64,000 bases of DNA from Spirochaetia bacterium (GTDB lineage Bacteria; Spirochaetota; Spirochaetia; UBA9216), in the NCBI GenBank assembly GCA_965140585.1, contig OZ223266.1, positions 32,001 through 96,000 of the forward strand. Direction: 5' to 3'. This document shows positions 9,598-19,629 of the stretch, piece by piece (position 1 is the stretch's first letter; each line of letters starts with the position of its first letter). Under the pieces are notes generated by a model, which was given only the letters and a program-made list of their open reading frames with translations, was not told where the DNA came from and did not search any database. The position numbers and the translations under genes were made by a program.

Positions 9598-10415
9598 TTA
9601 TGGATATCACGGAAATTACAAAATTAACCAATAAGCGTCTTGCAGAACCATGGATTATAATGACAAAACCCTTCCATGTTGTAGGTAATATATATTTTGT
9701 TGGAACTTCCTGGGTATCATGTTTTCTTATTGAAACGGAAGAGGGCTTGATTTTAATTGATTGCGCTATGCAGGAAACAGCTTACCAGCTTATTGATGCC
9801 ATTCATCAGGTTGGGTTAAACCCGGGGAATATTAAGAAACTGTTTATTTCCCATGGTCATTTCGACCATTGCGGAGCAGCCCGAATTATTCAGGAAATGA
9901 CCGGTTGTGAGATTTGGCTCGGAAAAGACGATGAGTTCTTTTTCACAGAAAGACGGGATCTGATTCATTTTGAGCACACTGTTCCTGACTTTAAAATTAC
10001 CAATACCTATGATTATGATTCAGAATTTAATTTCGGAGGGACAATAATAAAGCCATTTCACTGCCCGGGGCATACTCCGGGTACAACCAGCTTTTTTATT
10101 GAAACCCAGAATGAAGGTAAAAATCTTACATGCGCAATGCATGGCGGGCTAGGCATTAATGGGATAAGTAAGCCTGAATTGATTGAAAACCGGCTGCCTG
10201 TGTCTCTTCATGATGATTACAGAAGGCAGCTTGAAGAAATGATGGAGAAGCATGTAGATATTGTTCTGCCTTCTCATGTAGGGCATGCTGTAGATTATGA
10301 TTTTCTGGGCCTTGGCTATGATACTTCCAGAGGCAGTGAAAAGTTTATTGATACGAATGCCTGGAGTAGAATGCTTTCATCCAAGCTGAAGCAGTTTGAG
10401 GAGAACTGCTGCTGA
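9594..10415 (+). CDS. Cytoplasmic MBL-fold metallo-hydrolase resembling subclass B3 beta-lactamases
   Basis: PFHVVGNIYFVG, SHGHFDH (HxHxDH), PGHTPG, LPSH. ATG overlaps the tctA stop (ATGA). No signal peptide. Confidence 0.85.
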   Translation: MIMDITEITKLTNKRLAEPWIIMTKPFHVVGNIYFVGTSWVSCFLIETEEGLILIDCAMQETAYQLIDAIHQVGLNPGNIKKLFISHGHFDHCGAARIIQEMTGCEIWLGKDDEFFFTERRDLIHFEHTVPDFKITNTYDYDSEFNFGGTIIKPFHCPGHTPGTTSFFIETQNEGKNLTCAMHGGLGINGISKPELIENRLPVSLHDDYRRQLEEMMEKHVDIVLPSHVGHAVDYDFLGLGYDTSRGSEKFIDTNAWSRMLSSKLKQFEENCC

Positions 10416-10436
10416 TTTAGAATTACTGGAAAAACT

Positions 10437-11573
10437 ATGTTTGACTTACTTATCAAAAACGGAAATCTATTGATATCCGGACAAGATTCGCCTGGAAACA
10501 GCGATATCGGGATCTCAGGGAATAAGATTGTCAGAATTGGAAAAATCTCTGCAACTGAATCAAATCACGTAATTGATGCTTCAGATTGTATAGTCAGTCC
10601 AGGCCTTATCGATTTTCATTTACATCTGGCTCCGCTTGCTGAAATAGGAGTATGCGGAGAGGCTGCATGTTTTCCGTCTGGTGTAACAACGGTTGTAGAC
10701 TGCGGTAGTGCAGGGGCCGGAACTTATGCCGGGCACAGACCGGCAATAGCCGCCAGTTCTCTAAACGTTTTTACCTTTATGCATGTCTGTTCAGCCGGGC
10801 TTGCTACAGGCCGCTATCTGGAAAATCCGGACCCGAAGTACTATGACCTTGAAAAAATTAAAGAATATTTTGAAAAGTGGGGAAGCCGGGAGCTTATTGG
10901 TCTTAAAATCAGGCAGGGCAAAGAGATAGTCGGTTCTCTTGGTCTTGAGCCGCTTAAGAAAACTATTAGGCTTGCTGAAGAACTAAATGTTCCCGTAATG
11001 GTTCATTGCTCAAATCCGCCGGGTTCAATGGATGATATCCTCAACCTGTTGAGAAAGGGTGATATTTTTACACATGCCTTTCAGGACAAGGGCAGCAGCA
11101 TTCTCGGTACGGACGGACGGATATCTGAATCTGCTAAATCCGCAAGGGAGCGGGGTGTTATTTTCGATGTAGCAAATGCGAATATTCATTTCTCATTCGA
11201 GGTTGCAAGGCAGGCCATTTCAGAAGGATTTCTTCCGGATACCATCAGTACTGATTTAACCACCAGAAGCTTATATCTTCGTCCGAACGTTTTTAATTTA
11301 TTGCACGTCCTGTCAAAATACATAAGCCTTGGATTATCTGTCAGGCAGGTTTTTGATATGTGTACTGTGAACCCCGCAAAAATAATCGGAAAAGCCGGAG
11401 TTACGGCTTCCCTGAAAGAAGGCGCTGCTGCCGATATAGCGGTTATTCGTAATATAAAAAAGGATGTCATTTTTGGAGATAGAACTGGAAACACACTGAA
11501 GGGGAATTCGTTTCTAAAAACCATGGCTACAATAAAGGATGGAAAACTTGTCTATCGTGACCAGGAATTCTAA
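10437..11573 (+). CDS. Amidohydrolase/deacetylase, dihydroorotase-like (EF_0837/Atu3266-type)
   Basis: PGLIDFHLH, GVTTVVDCGSAG, GLKIR, MVH, THAF, DTISTD. Confidence 0.85.
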   Translation: MFDLLIKNGNLLISGQDSPGNSDIGISGNKIVRIGKISATESNHVIDASDCIVSPGLIDFHLHLAPLAEIGVCGEAACFPSGVTTVVDCGSAGAGTYAGHRPAIAASSLNVFTFMHVCSAGLATGRYLENPDPKYYDLEKIKEYFEKWGSRELIGLKIRQGKEIVGSLGLEPLKKTIRLAEELNVPVMVHCSNPPGSMDDILNLLRKGDIFTHAFQDKGSSILGTDGRISESAKSARERGVIFDVANANIHFSFEVARQAISEGFLPDTISTDLTTRSLYLRPNVFNLLHVLSKYISLGLSVRQVFDMCTVNPAKIIGKAGVTASLKEGAAADIAVIRNIKKDVIFGDRTGNTLKGNSFLKTMATIKDGKLVYRDQEF

Positions 11574-11623
11574 AAACAATAAACAAATAATTAGTTAACA
11601 GTGAATACCATAAGGAGAACGGC

Positions 11624-13462
11624 ATGAGTAAAAAGCCGAAACTGGTGTCAACTCTGGACTACACCATTAGAATAGGTGGAGAAGGAGGAGATGGAGTTAT
11701 AAGCTGCGGTGAACTTCTTGCACAGGCTGCTGCACGTACGGAATTTCATGTTTTTACTTTTATTACCTATCCGTCAGAAATGAGGGGCGGATTTTCCATG
11801 ATTCAGATAAGGTTGAGGGATATAACAATTTATTCCATGGGAAGCAGTGTGGATTGTCTGCTTGTCTTCAATCAGGAGGCACTTCAAAATACCCGATCGG
11901 TACTCAGGGAAGGTGGAGTTCTGATATATGATCCGGACACGGTTGATGTAAGTGATATGAAAGACTGTCAGCTCAAACCCGTTCCATTTACTGCTCTTGC
12001 CCGGGAGACCAATGGGGTTGTTCTTGGTAAGAACGTGGTTGCTCTTGGTACGCTGGGCAGCGTCCTGGGAATTGATAAAAATTTACTTCAGGATTTGCTG
12101 AAAGAAAAATTCGGGAAAAAGGGTGCTGGTGTTATAGAAAAGAACAATAAAGCCCTTCAGGCTGGAATGGATGCGGCAGCCAGAATTGATATGCCGGTAA
12201 ATTTCAGAATTACAGACCTGAAACCTGCCGGTGAAGATTATATGTTTATTAGCGGTAATCAGGCTGTGGCCCTCGGTGCTATTGCTGCCGGCTGCAGGTT
12301 TACAGCCGGATATCCGATAACCCCTTCTACATCAATTTTTGAAACCCTAACCAGACTTATGCCGCTTGTCGGCGGCAGGGCTATTCAGATGGAGGATGAG
12401 ATCGCTGCTATCAGTGCTGTGATTGGAGCTTCATTCGCCGGCGAAAAGGTTATTATACCAACCTCCGGACCGGGGCTGATGCTTATGACAGAGCAGCTTA
12501 GTCTTGCATCGATGATCGAAGTTCCGATGGTGCTTGTAGATGTACAGCGCGCCGGGCCTTCTACAGGTCTTCCTACAAAAACTGAACAGTCAGACCTTAA
12601 GTTTGCTGTTTATGGTGCGGCCGGGGACAGTCCAAGAATTATCATGGCGCCAACCACAGTGGAAGATACTTTCTATCAAACTATCAGGGCTTTTAATCTG
12701 TCAGAAAGATATCAGATTCCGGTAATTCTGCTTCTTGATCAGTCCATAGGATACCGGAAAGCAACTGTTAAAATGCCTAACTTTGATCAGATCAAAGAAC
12801 TTGATCAGATGGAGTGCTTTAAAAGTCTGCGTATTCCTCATGCCAATAAAATAGATCTCAGGCGAAGAAGGGAACCCGACTCAAATGATCTTGAAGATTA
12901 TAAGCGGTATCTTGATACCCCGGATGGAGTCAGTCCTATTGCAAGACCAGGTACTCCCGGAGGTCAGTATCTTGCTACCGGTCTGGAGCATGATGAATAC
13001 GGGCATACCGATCAATCACCACTTAATCATCAGAAAATGAGCCTTAAGAGATTCAGGAAGATGGAGGCAATCTCCAAAGAGTTTGAAAAAAACCCGATAG
13101 AGTTTTACGGCGATCCTGACGCAACAATTGGGGTTATTGGCTGGGGATCTACCGAGGGGGCTATCCGTGAAGCCAGATACATGGCTGAAAATAACGGTAT
13201 TAAAATTCGTCACCTCCATCCGCATACTATAAGTCCTCTTCCCCACAGGCAAATCTCCCTGTTTCTGGCAAGGCTGGATCATCTTATTGTAGTAGAAGAA
13301 AATCTTACCGGACAATTTACAAATTATCTTAAAGCCAAGTTCAGGATTAATCCTCAGAATATACGTAAATGTCAGGGTATACCTCTGACCGCAGAAGAAA
13401 TTTATGAAGGAATTGAAAAGGTAGCGAGGTTGGACAATGATGAACACAGTAAATTCTTTTAA
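11624..13462 (+). CDS. korA: 2-oxoacid:ferredoxin oxidoreductase alpha subunit (gamma-alpha fusion)
   Basis: GGEGGDG, SEMRGG, AGYPITPST, EDEIAA, TSGPG, QRAGPSTGLPTK. Confidence 0.92.
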   Translation: MSKKPKLVSTLDYTIRIGGEGGDGVISCGELLAQAAARTEFHVFTFITYPSEMRGGFSMIQIRLRDITIYSMGSSVDCLLVFNQEALQNTRSVLREGGVLIYDPDTVDVSDMKDCQLKPVPFTALARETNGVVLGKNVVALGTLGSVLGIDKNLLQDLLKEKFGKKGAGVIEKNNKALQAGMDAAARIDMPVNFRITDLKPAGEDYMFISGNQAVALGAIAAGCRFTAGYPITPSTSIFETLTRLMPLVGGRAIQMEDEIAAISAVIGASFAGEKVIIPTSGPGLMLMTEQLSLASMIEVPMVLVDVQRAGPSTGLPTKTEQSDLKFAVYGAAGDSPRIIMAPTTVEDTFYQTIRAFNLSERYQIPVILLLDQSIGYRKATVKMPNFDQIKELDQMECFKSLRIPHANKIDLRRRREPDSNDLEDYKRYLDTPDGVSPIARPGTPGGQYLATGLEHDEYGHTDQSPLNHQKMSLKRFRKMEAISKEFEKNPIEFYGDPDATIGVIGWGSTEGAIREARYMAENNGIKIRHLHPHTISPLPHRQISLFLARLDHLIVVEENLTGQFTNYLKAKFRINPQNIRKCQGIPLTAEEIYEGIEKVARLDNDEHSKFF

Positions 13463-14297
13463 CAGGGAAGGGGTTAAGCCGGTATGGTGTCCGGGCTGCG
13501 GTGATTATGGCGTGCTTACGGCCCTTAAAAAGTCACTTGCCGAGCTGCAGCTTTCGCCTGAAGAAATCATGGTGATATCGGGTATAGGATGTTCTGGGCG
13601 GTTTTCTCACTACCTTAATACTTACAGCCTTCACGGTACTCACGGCAGGGCTCTTCCGACAGCTTGCGGGGCAAAGGCTGCCAGTCCGGAAATGACCGTG
13701 CTTGCAGTAGGCGGTGATGGAGACGGTTTGTCGATCGGCGGAGGCCATATAAGTCATACTGCAAGAAGGAATGCAAACATCACTTATCTTCTTTTAGATA
13801 ATCATATTTACGGACTCACAAAGGGGCAGACATCTCCAACTACTCCTGTCGGCTATCAGGGGAAAACCTCTCCGTATGGAGTGACAGAAGAAGAGCTGAA
13901 CCCGATACCGGTTTTTCTTACATATGGTGCTTCATTTGTAGCCCGGGGGCACAGTTTTGATATTAAGCAGCTTACACATCTCATTACAGAGGGGATAAAG
14001 CATCCCGGATTTTCAATTATCTATGTTCATTCGCCCTGTGTGACTCACCCTTCACTCGAATGGAAGAAGCTTAAAGAAAAGATCTGCAGTCTTCCTGAAG
14101 GATTTCCTGTTCAGGATATTATGACCGCCATGCCCTATGCTTTTTTAAAGGATAAGCTTTATACAGGAATATTCTACCAGGTCAGAAAGCCGACTTTGGA
14201 AGAGCGGCTGGTGGAGGTTCAGGAACGGGCTCTTGAAAGGCAGAAGGGCGAGGGGCTTGATGTTTCAGTCAGACATATTATGAACAGGTTCCGATGA
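13437..14297 (+). CDS. korB: 2-oxoacid:ferredoxin oxidoreductase beta subunit
   Basis: WCPGCGD, SGIGCS, HGRA, TPP motif GGDGD..DN, YGLTKGQTSP, SPCV. Confidence 0.92.
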   Translation: MMNTVNSFNREGVKPVWCPGCGDYGVLTALKKSLAELQLSPEEIMVISGIGCSGRFSHYLNTYSLHGTHGRALPTACGAKAASPEMTVLAVGGDGDGLSIGGGHISHTARRNANITYLLLDNHIYGLTKGQTSPTTPVGYQGKTSPYGVTEEELNPIPVFLTYGASFVARGHSFDIKQLTHLITEGIKHPGFSIIYVHSPCVTHPSLEWKKLKEKICSLPEGFPVQDIMTAMPYAFLKDKLYTGIFYQVRKPTLEERLVEVQERALERQKGEGLDVSVRHIMNRFR

Positions 14298-14364
14298 TTT
14301 CGCAACGAAACAATATTGAGAACTTAAATTTATTCTTAACAGATTTTTATACAGGAGCGATTGT

Positions 14365-15732
14365 ATGAATACAGTTGAATATATTGCCGGATATATAGAA
14401 AGAGCTAGAAAAGCTCAGAAGGAATTTGAGGCCTGGTCGCAAGGGCAGGTGGATGAGGCCGTAAGGCTGATTGCAAAAGTGGTATATGATAATGCTGAAT
14501 ATCTTGCAGGGATGGCAGTAGCTGAAACCGAAATGGGAAATGTTCCTGATAAAATTCTAAAAAACAGAGGAAAGGCCGGTATAATCTGGAACAGTCTCAA
14601 AGGAAAAAAATCAAGAGGCATAATTAAGAGGGATGCGCAAACGGGAATTACTGAAATTGCAAAACCTGTCGGAGTAATTGCTGCAATTACTCCTTGTACA
14701 AACCCTGTTGTTACCCCGATGTGTAATGCAATGTTTGCGCTGAAGGGTGGAAACGCAGTGGTTATCACTCCCCATCATCGCTCATATAAAACAAGTGAAG
14801 AAACTGTCAGGCTTATAAATGAAGAACTGCAGAAGATTGGTGCTCCTGAAAATCTTGTTCAGATTGTTGATCATCAGTCCAGGGAAAATACCCGGGAGCT
14901 TATCTCTGCGGCAGATACTGTTGTGGCGACCGGGGGAATGAGTATGGTCAAGGCTGCATACAGCAGCGGAAAGCCGGCCCTTGGCGTTGGCGCGGGAAAT
15001 GTGCAGTGCATCATAGACCGGGATGTTGATTTCAGTGAAATGGTTCCAAAGATTGTTAACGGCAGAAGTTTCGACTATGGAATTATATGTTCGGGAGAGC
15101 AGACTGTAATTGTTCACGAAGAGGACCTGGATGCCGTCATGGAAGAGTTTAGAAAAAACAGCGGATATGTTGTTTTTGATGAACAGGAAGTTGGCTCCTT
15201 CCGGAAGGCTATATTCCCAAACGGTAAAATGAATCCTGATCTTGTTGGTCAGTCAACAGCAAGGGTGGCAGAACTGGCAGGTACTGAAATTCCTGAAGAT
15301 ACCAGAGTAATTCTGCTTAAAGCCGCCGGAGCGGGAAGAGAAGACTTTCTTTCCAAGGAAAAAATGTGCCCGGTGCTTTCAATTTATACATATAAAAATT
15401 TTGATGAAGCAATAGATATTGCAGAAGCAAATCTGGAATATGAAGGAGCCGGCCATTCTGTTTCGCTGCACAGCCACAGTGAAGAACATATTGAAGCGGC
15501 CGCTCTTAGGCTGAAGGCAAGTAGGTTTGTAATTAATCAGCCCTCTTCAACCAGCGCAGGCGGGAGCTGGTATAACGGTTTTTCTCCGACAACGACTCTG
15601 GGCTGCGGTTCGTGGGGGAATAACAGTATTTCTGAGAATCTGACATATACTCATATGATCAATGTTTCAAGAATCGGATATTTTATGAAAGATGCGGAAA
15701 TACCTTCAGAGGATATCCTTTGGAATAGTTAA
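14365..15732 (+). CDS. sucD: CoA-acylating aldehyde dehydrogenase, succinate-semialdehyde dehydrogenase (clostridial SucD-like)
   Basis: PCTNP..TPM.NAMFALK, ATGG, GVGAGN, FDYGIICSGEQ, EKMCP, TLGCGSWGNNSISEN. Confidence 0.8.
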   Translation: MNTVEYIAGYIERARKAQKEFEAWSQGQVDEAVRLIAKVVYDNAEYLAGMAVAETEMGNVPDKILKNRGKAGIIWNSLKGKKSRGIIKRDAQTGITEIAKPVGVIAAITPCTNPVVTPMCNAMFALKGGNAVVITPHHRSYKTSEETVRLINEELQKIGAPENLVQIVDHQSRENTRELISAADTVVATGGMSMVKAAYSSGKPALGVGAGNVQCIIDRDVDFSEMVPKIVNGRSFDYGIICSGEQTVIVHEEDLDAVMEEFRKNSGYVVFDEQEVGSFRKAIFPNGKMNPDLVGQSTARVAELAGTEIPEDTRVILLKAAGAGREDFLSKEKMCPVLSIYTYKNFDEAIDIAEANLEYEGAGHSVSLHSHSEEHIEAAALRLKASRFVINQPSSTSAGGSWYNGFSPTTTLGCGSWGNNSISENLTYTHMINVSRIGYFMKDAEIPSEDILWNS

Positions 15733-15754
15733 AAATGCTAAGTTCATTTATTAT

Positions 15755-15782
15755 AAAGGCCGGGGTGATCCGGCCTTTTTTT
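15755..15782. terminator. Rho-independent terminator between convergent genes
   Basis: AAAGGCCGG-GGTGAT-CCGGCCTTTTTTT. Confidence 0.85.
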
Positions 15783-15794
15783 ATTCATGTGACA

Positions 15795-17720
15795 TCAGAT
15801 TTCTGAATTAAAAAGTTTTTCTTTTCTCCATAAAGTAGTAATGCTTATTCCAAGTATTGCGGCCGCCATTTCCCTGTTCCCTTTTGTCTGCTGCAGAACT
15901 TCAAGAATCAGTTTCTTTTCCATTGTTTTGAGCAGGCCTTCGGTTTGAGGCGTCGCATCTGAAATTGATTTTAGAAAGTCTGTTTTAAAGCTGTCTAAGC
16001 CTTGACTCGACTTTGCAGGCTGTTCGATAATATCTTCTCTTGAAGAAATTAATTCCGAAATAAGTTTTTCATCAATCTGATTTTTATTATTAAGAACATT
16101 TGCTCTTTCGGTAACATTCTTCAGCTGCCTTACGTTGCCGGGCCATGAATAGTTAGAGATGTATTTTTCAGCTTTTTCTGTTAGAAAATTGTAGTTTTGA
16201 AGATAATGGCTGAATAAGGCCGGAATATCTTCTTTTCTTTCCCTTAACGGGGGAATTTTCAGCTCGAGCACACAAATCCTGTAATATAAATCCTCTCTGA
16301 AATTGTTGTTTTTTACTTCTTCATAAAGATCTTTATTACATGCTGCAATTATTCTGATGTCGATAGGCACTATTCTGTTATCGCCTATTCGTGTTATCTC
16401 TTTTTCCTGAAGAACTCTCAGTAGTTTGGCCTGTACATCCGGTGGTATTTCTGTAATTTCATCCAGAAAAACCGTACCCCTATGAGCCTGTTCGAAGACC
16501 CCTGCTTTTCCTCCGGTTTTAGCTCCTGTAAAGGCTCCTTCAGCATATCCGAACAGTTCACTTTCGAGGATGCTTTTGGGAAGAGCTGCGCAGTTGATTG
16601 CAATAAAGGGGTTAAGCTTTCGTATGCTGTCGTTATGGATGCTTTGAGCAAACATCTCTTTTCCGGTTCCTGTTTCACCGGTAAGCAGGATTGTACTTTC
16701 TGTTTTAGCGTATAGCTTGGCAGTGTCGATAGTCTTATGGATTGTCTTTGATTCTCCAATTATATTTGAGAAGTTTATTTTTGCGTAATGACCTCTGCCT
16801 ATCTGCTTCTTTCTGATCTTTGAATCAATAATCTGTATATTGGTTTCTTCCTGTATCGATATGACGGCTCCGTTGATCTGATTATTGATGATTATAGGCA
16901 GACAGCTGTATACCAGCGAGAGCCTGTTGATTGTAATAAGCTCATCATAAACTGGTTTTCCTGACTGAATGGTTTTTTGTATATTGGTTGTGTTTATTAA
17001 AGTCTCTATATAAGTTTTCTCTTCTTCGGCCTCACGCTGCAGCAGTGCTTTAGCTATTTTGTTGATATTCAGAATTTTCCCCGAGTTATCAATACCAATA
17101 ATCCCTTCAGAGGTGCTGTCCAGTAATGTTGAAATTAAACTGTACTGTTTTTCCCTTTCCTCTTCGACATATAGACTGTACAGAGCTTCGTCAATTGCAA
17201 GCTCAACTTCCGATTCATCAGGATAAATGGAATAGAAGGGCATGTTGTTGCTGATGCAGATTTCCCTTAATTGAAAACCTCCGATAAATGCTTCTGCGCC
17301 GATTTCTCTGGCTTTTGTAAAGGCATCTTTGAATTCTCTTGCATCATCAACCTGAAACACCAGAAGTGATTCGTTCATTATGGAATTAAACTTATTAGCA
17401 ATATTGCAGAATTGTGAAAAACCTATTGCGGCAACCTTGTTATAACTTGTACTTGTCTTTCTGACAGCCAGGAAAAAACTAAGAAAACTGTGTCTGATAT
17501 CGATGATTGGCATATCAAGATTTTCTCTAAGCAGTGCCGCGCTTCCTCCCCGGCAGACAAGAACTTTTGTTCCGTTTTTCTGACATTCCTTAGCTTTTTC
17601 AAGAGCCGTATGAGTGGTTAGTTCATAAACAGGTATTCCGGATATCTGCAGCTTATTTAATACATATTCACAACTTTGAGACATACCAGGGGTAGTTGAA
17701 AATATGACTATTTTATTCAT
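15795..17720 (-). CDS. Sigma54-dependent transcriptional activator, PrpR type (PrpR_N-PAS-AAA-Fis HTH)
   Basis: VCRGGSA N-terminal motif, GETGTGKE, ESELFGY..GAFTGA, FLDE, WPGNVRQL, C-terminal HTH. Confidence 0.92.
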   Translation of the reverse strand: MNKIVIFSTTPGMSQSCEYVLNKLQISGIPVYELTTHTALEKAKECQKNGTKVLVCRGGSAALLRENLDMPIIDIRHSFLSFFLAVRKTSTSYNKVAAIGFSQFCNIANKFNSIMNESLLVFQVDDAREFKDAFTKAREIGAEAFIGGFQLREICISNNMPFYSIYPDESEVELAIDEALYSLYVEEEREKQYSLISTLLDSTSEGIIGIDNSGKILNINKIAKALLQREAEEEKTYIETLINTTNIQKTIQSGKPVYDELITINRLSLVYSCLPIIINNQINGAVISIQEETNIQIIDSKIRKKQIGRGHYAKINFSNIIGESKTIHKTIDTAKLYAKTESTILLTGETGTGKEMFAQSIHNDSIRKLNPFIAINCAALPKSILESELFGYAEGAFTGAKTGGKAGVFEQAHRGTVFLDEITEIPPDVQAKLLRVLQEKEITRIGDNRIVPIDIRIIAACNKDLYEEVKNNNFREDLYYRICVLELKIPPLRERKEDIPALFSHYLQNYNFLTEKAEKYISNYSWPGNVRQLKNVTERANVLNNKNQIDEKLISELISSREDIIEQPAKSSQGLDSFKTDFLKSISDATPQTEGLLKTMEKKLILEVLQQTKGNREMAAAILGISITTLWRKEKLFNSEI

Positions 17721-17824
17721 CCTGTTATCCTTTAAAGCAATAAGTAGTAGTTTATCTCAATTTTCAGGATTTATAAATCAGTAATTAAATTTGTTCACAT
17801 CTGAATAAAGCGGTAGTATAGTTG

Positions 17825-17853
17825 TGATGTCGGTTGTTCAACAACTGACATCA
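17825..17853. promoter_or_regulatory. Palindromic GntR/FadR-type operator
   Basis: TGATGTCGGTTGTT-C-AACAACTGACATCA (14-bp arms, 1 mismatch) with core GTTGT-N3-ACAAC, upstream of a FadR-family gene. Confidence 0.6.
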
Positions 17854-17937
17854 TATAAGCAATAATATTTTATAAAAGAACATATTTGGGAAAGCCGCTT
17901 TAAGAATCTGAATGTGGGAAACTAAGTATATAAACAA

Positions 17938-18432
17938 ATGATGGAAAAGATTATCAATAATGTCTGGAACCCCGGTTCAAAGATTCCGTTAGAGAATGAG
18001 TTATGTATAAATCTTGGTGTCTGCAGACATACAATCCGGGCTGTTCTAAACAAGCTGAATGCCCTGGGACTTTTTGAAACGAATCATGATGAAGGTGCTT
18101 TTGTTAAGAAACTTGAACCGTCACGTCAATATATCTTAACTCTCTTGTTTCTGTTGTTTTCTTGGGAAAGCATAAATATCGAACAATTATGGAATTCCGA
18201 AAAGGTATTGAAGTTGAAGCAATATGGCTGGTTGCAAAATGTTACTGAAGAAAATATTGCTGAGCTTCAGCTAATTGAAGATGAATTAACAAAGAACAAA
18301 GATTATATTGAAAGTTATGCAGAATATGATATTGACTTCCATGTGGCAATTTCAAAAGCTTCAAAAAATCAAATGTTCTTGCAGACCATGAATATTATTA
18401 AGGTAATACTTTCTGCTCAGCTGCATGAGTAA
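17938..18432 (+). pseudogene. Degraded FadR/GntR-family regulator
   Basis: wHTH GSKIPLENELC..GVCRHTIR and FCD motif DIDFHVAI..ASKN. The middle is scrambled and both ends are truncated. Confidence 0.75.
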
Positions 18433-18491
18433 GCATTTAAGCTTGGTAATAGACAAACTAGAAAAATAAGTAAATTTCTTTATCCGAATCA

Positions 18492-18730
18492 ATGGAGGAA
18501 GAATCACGTGAGCTACTGGAACGTCTCAATGCAAAAATAGATCCTAAGGAAAAAGTCAAAGATCTTGGGAATGGTCAGCAGAAGATGATTGAAATAGCGA
18601 AGGCTCTTTCAGTTGATACACAGGTTATCGTTTTTGATGAACTCACAAGATCTCTTACAAATAAAGAAATCGAAGAACTCTTCAGGCTGATAAGGTTTCT
18701 GAAGGAGAATGATGTAAGCATTTTTTATCT
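18492..18730 (+). pseudogene. Internal fragment of an RbsA-type sugar ABC ATPase
   Basis: LGNGQQKMIEIAKALS..VIVFDELTRSL. No Walker A. Fused in frame to the next remnant. Confidence 0.75.
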
Positions 18731-18736
18731 TAACCC

Positions 18737-19617
18737 GGCTGGTAATAAAACCCTTCTTACTGATATAGATGAGCAGAAACTGGCTGAAGGTAGAGAAAAA
18801 CTTTTGTCTGTATCCGGTTAAAAGAAGAAAATGGGCTTAATTCAAAGGCAGAGGCTGAGGGGTCGCCTTTGATCTGATTGAAACAAGTACTGATATTAAA
18901 AAAGCAGCTGACAGAGCCTTCATGGTAATAGAATTTATCGTTGAGAAAGTTGAGGCTAAACAGGAACTCTTTGCTAACCTTGATGCGATACTTCCTCTTG
19001 ATGTTTCAATTTAAAGCAATACAAGCGAGCTGAGAATTACCGATATAAGTACGAAATGTATATATCCGGAGCGTGCTGTTACAACTCATTTATGGCTTTC
19101 TGCATATCTTGTTCCGCTTGTCGACGTTATTATGGGAGACCGGGCTGATATTGCTGTTGCCGAGAAAGTTCGTGATGAATTGATAAAATGGAAGAAGTCT
19201 CCGGTCTTTTTCTGGCGGGATCTTTCAGGACAGCTTGCAAACAGGGTTTTTCAGGTTATAATAAGGGAATCGATAGATATAGTGGCCAGCGGACTTGCAA
19301 TGGCAGTGGATGTTGATACCGCTATTGCAGCAGGCATGCCTATGAGATTTCCGGTGCGGGAGCCTATTATGCATCTTGATGCAATAGGTACAGATCTCGG
19401 GCTTTCTGTTCAGCAGACAGTGCTCCCCGGTATTAATGCCGATAGACAGCCCAGCTCATACATCAGTGATATGGTTGAACGCGGAGATCTGGGAGCCGGT
19501 ACCGGTAAAGGTTTTTATGACTGGAGTCAGAGAAGCATAGATGATGATATAAAAAAACGCGGCCTGTTTATAATAGAAGCAGTTAAAATTACTGATAAAC
19601 TGAATAATCAGATATAG
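18737..19617 (+). pseudogene. 3-hydroxyacyl-CoA dehydrogenase-family remnant
   Basis: AGNKTLLTDID, VIEFIVEKVEAKQELF, in-frame TAA at 19012 before SNTS, GQLANR, LGAGTGKGFYDW. Confidence 0.8.
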
Positions 19618-19629
19618 CGGAGGCGGCAG

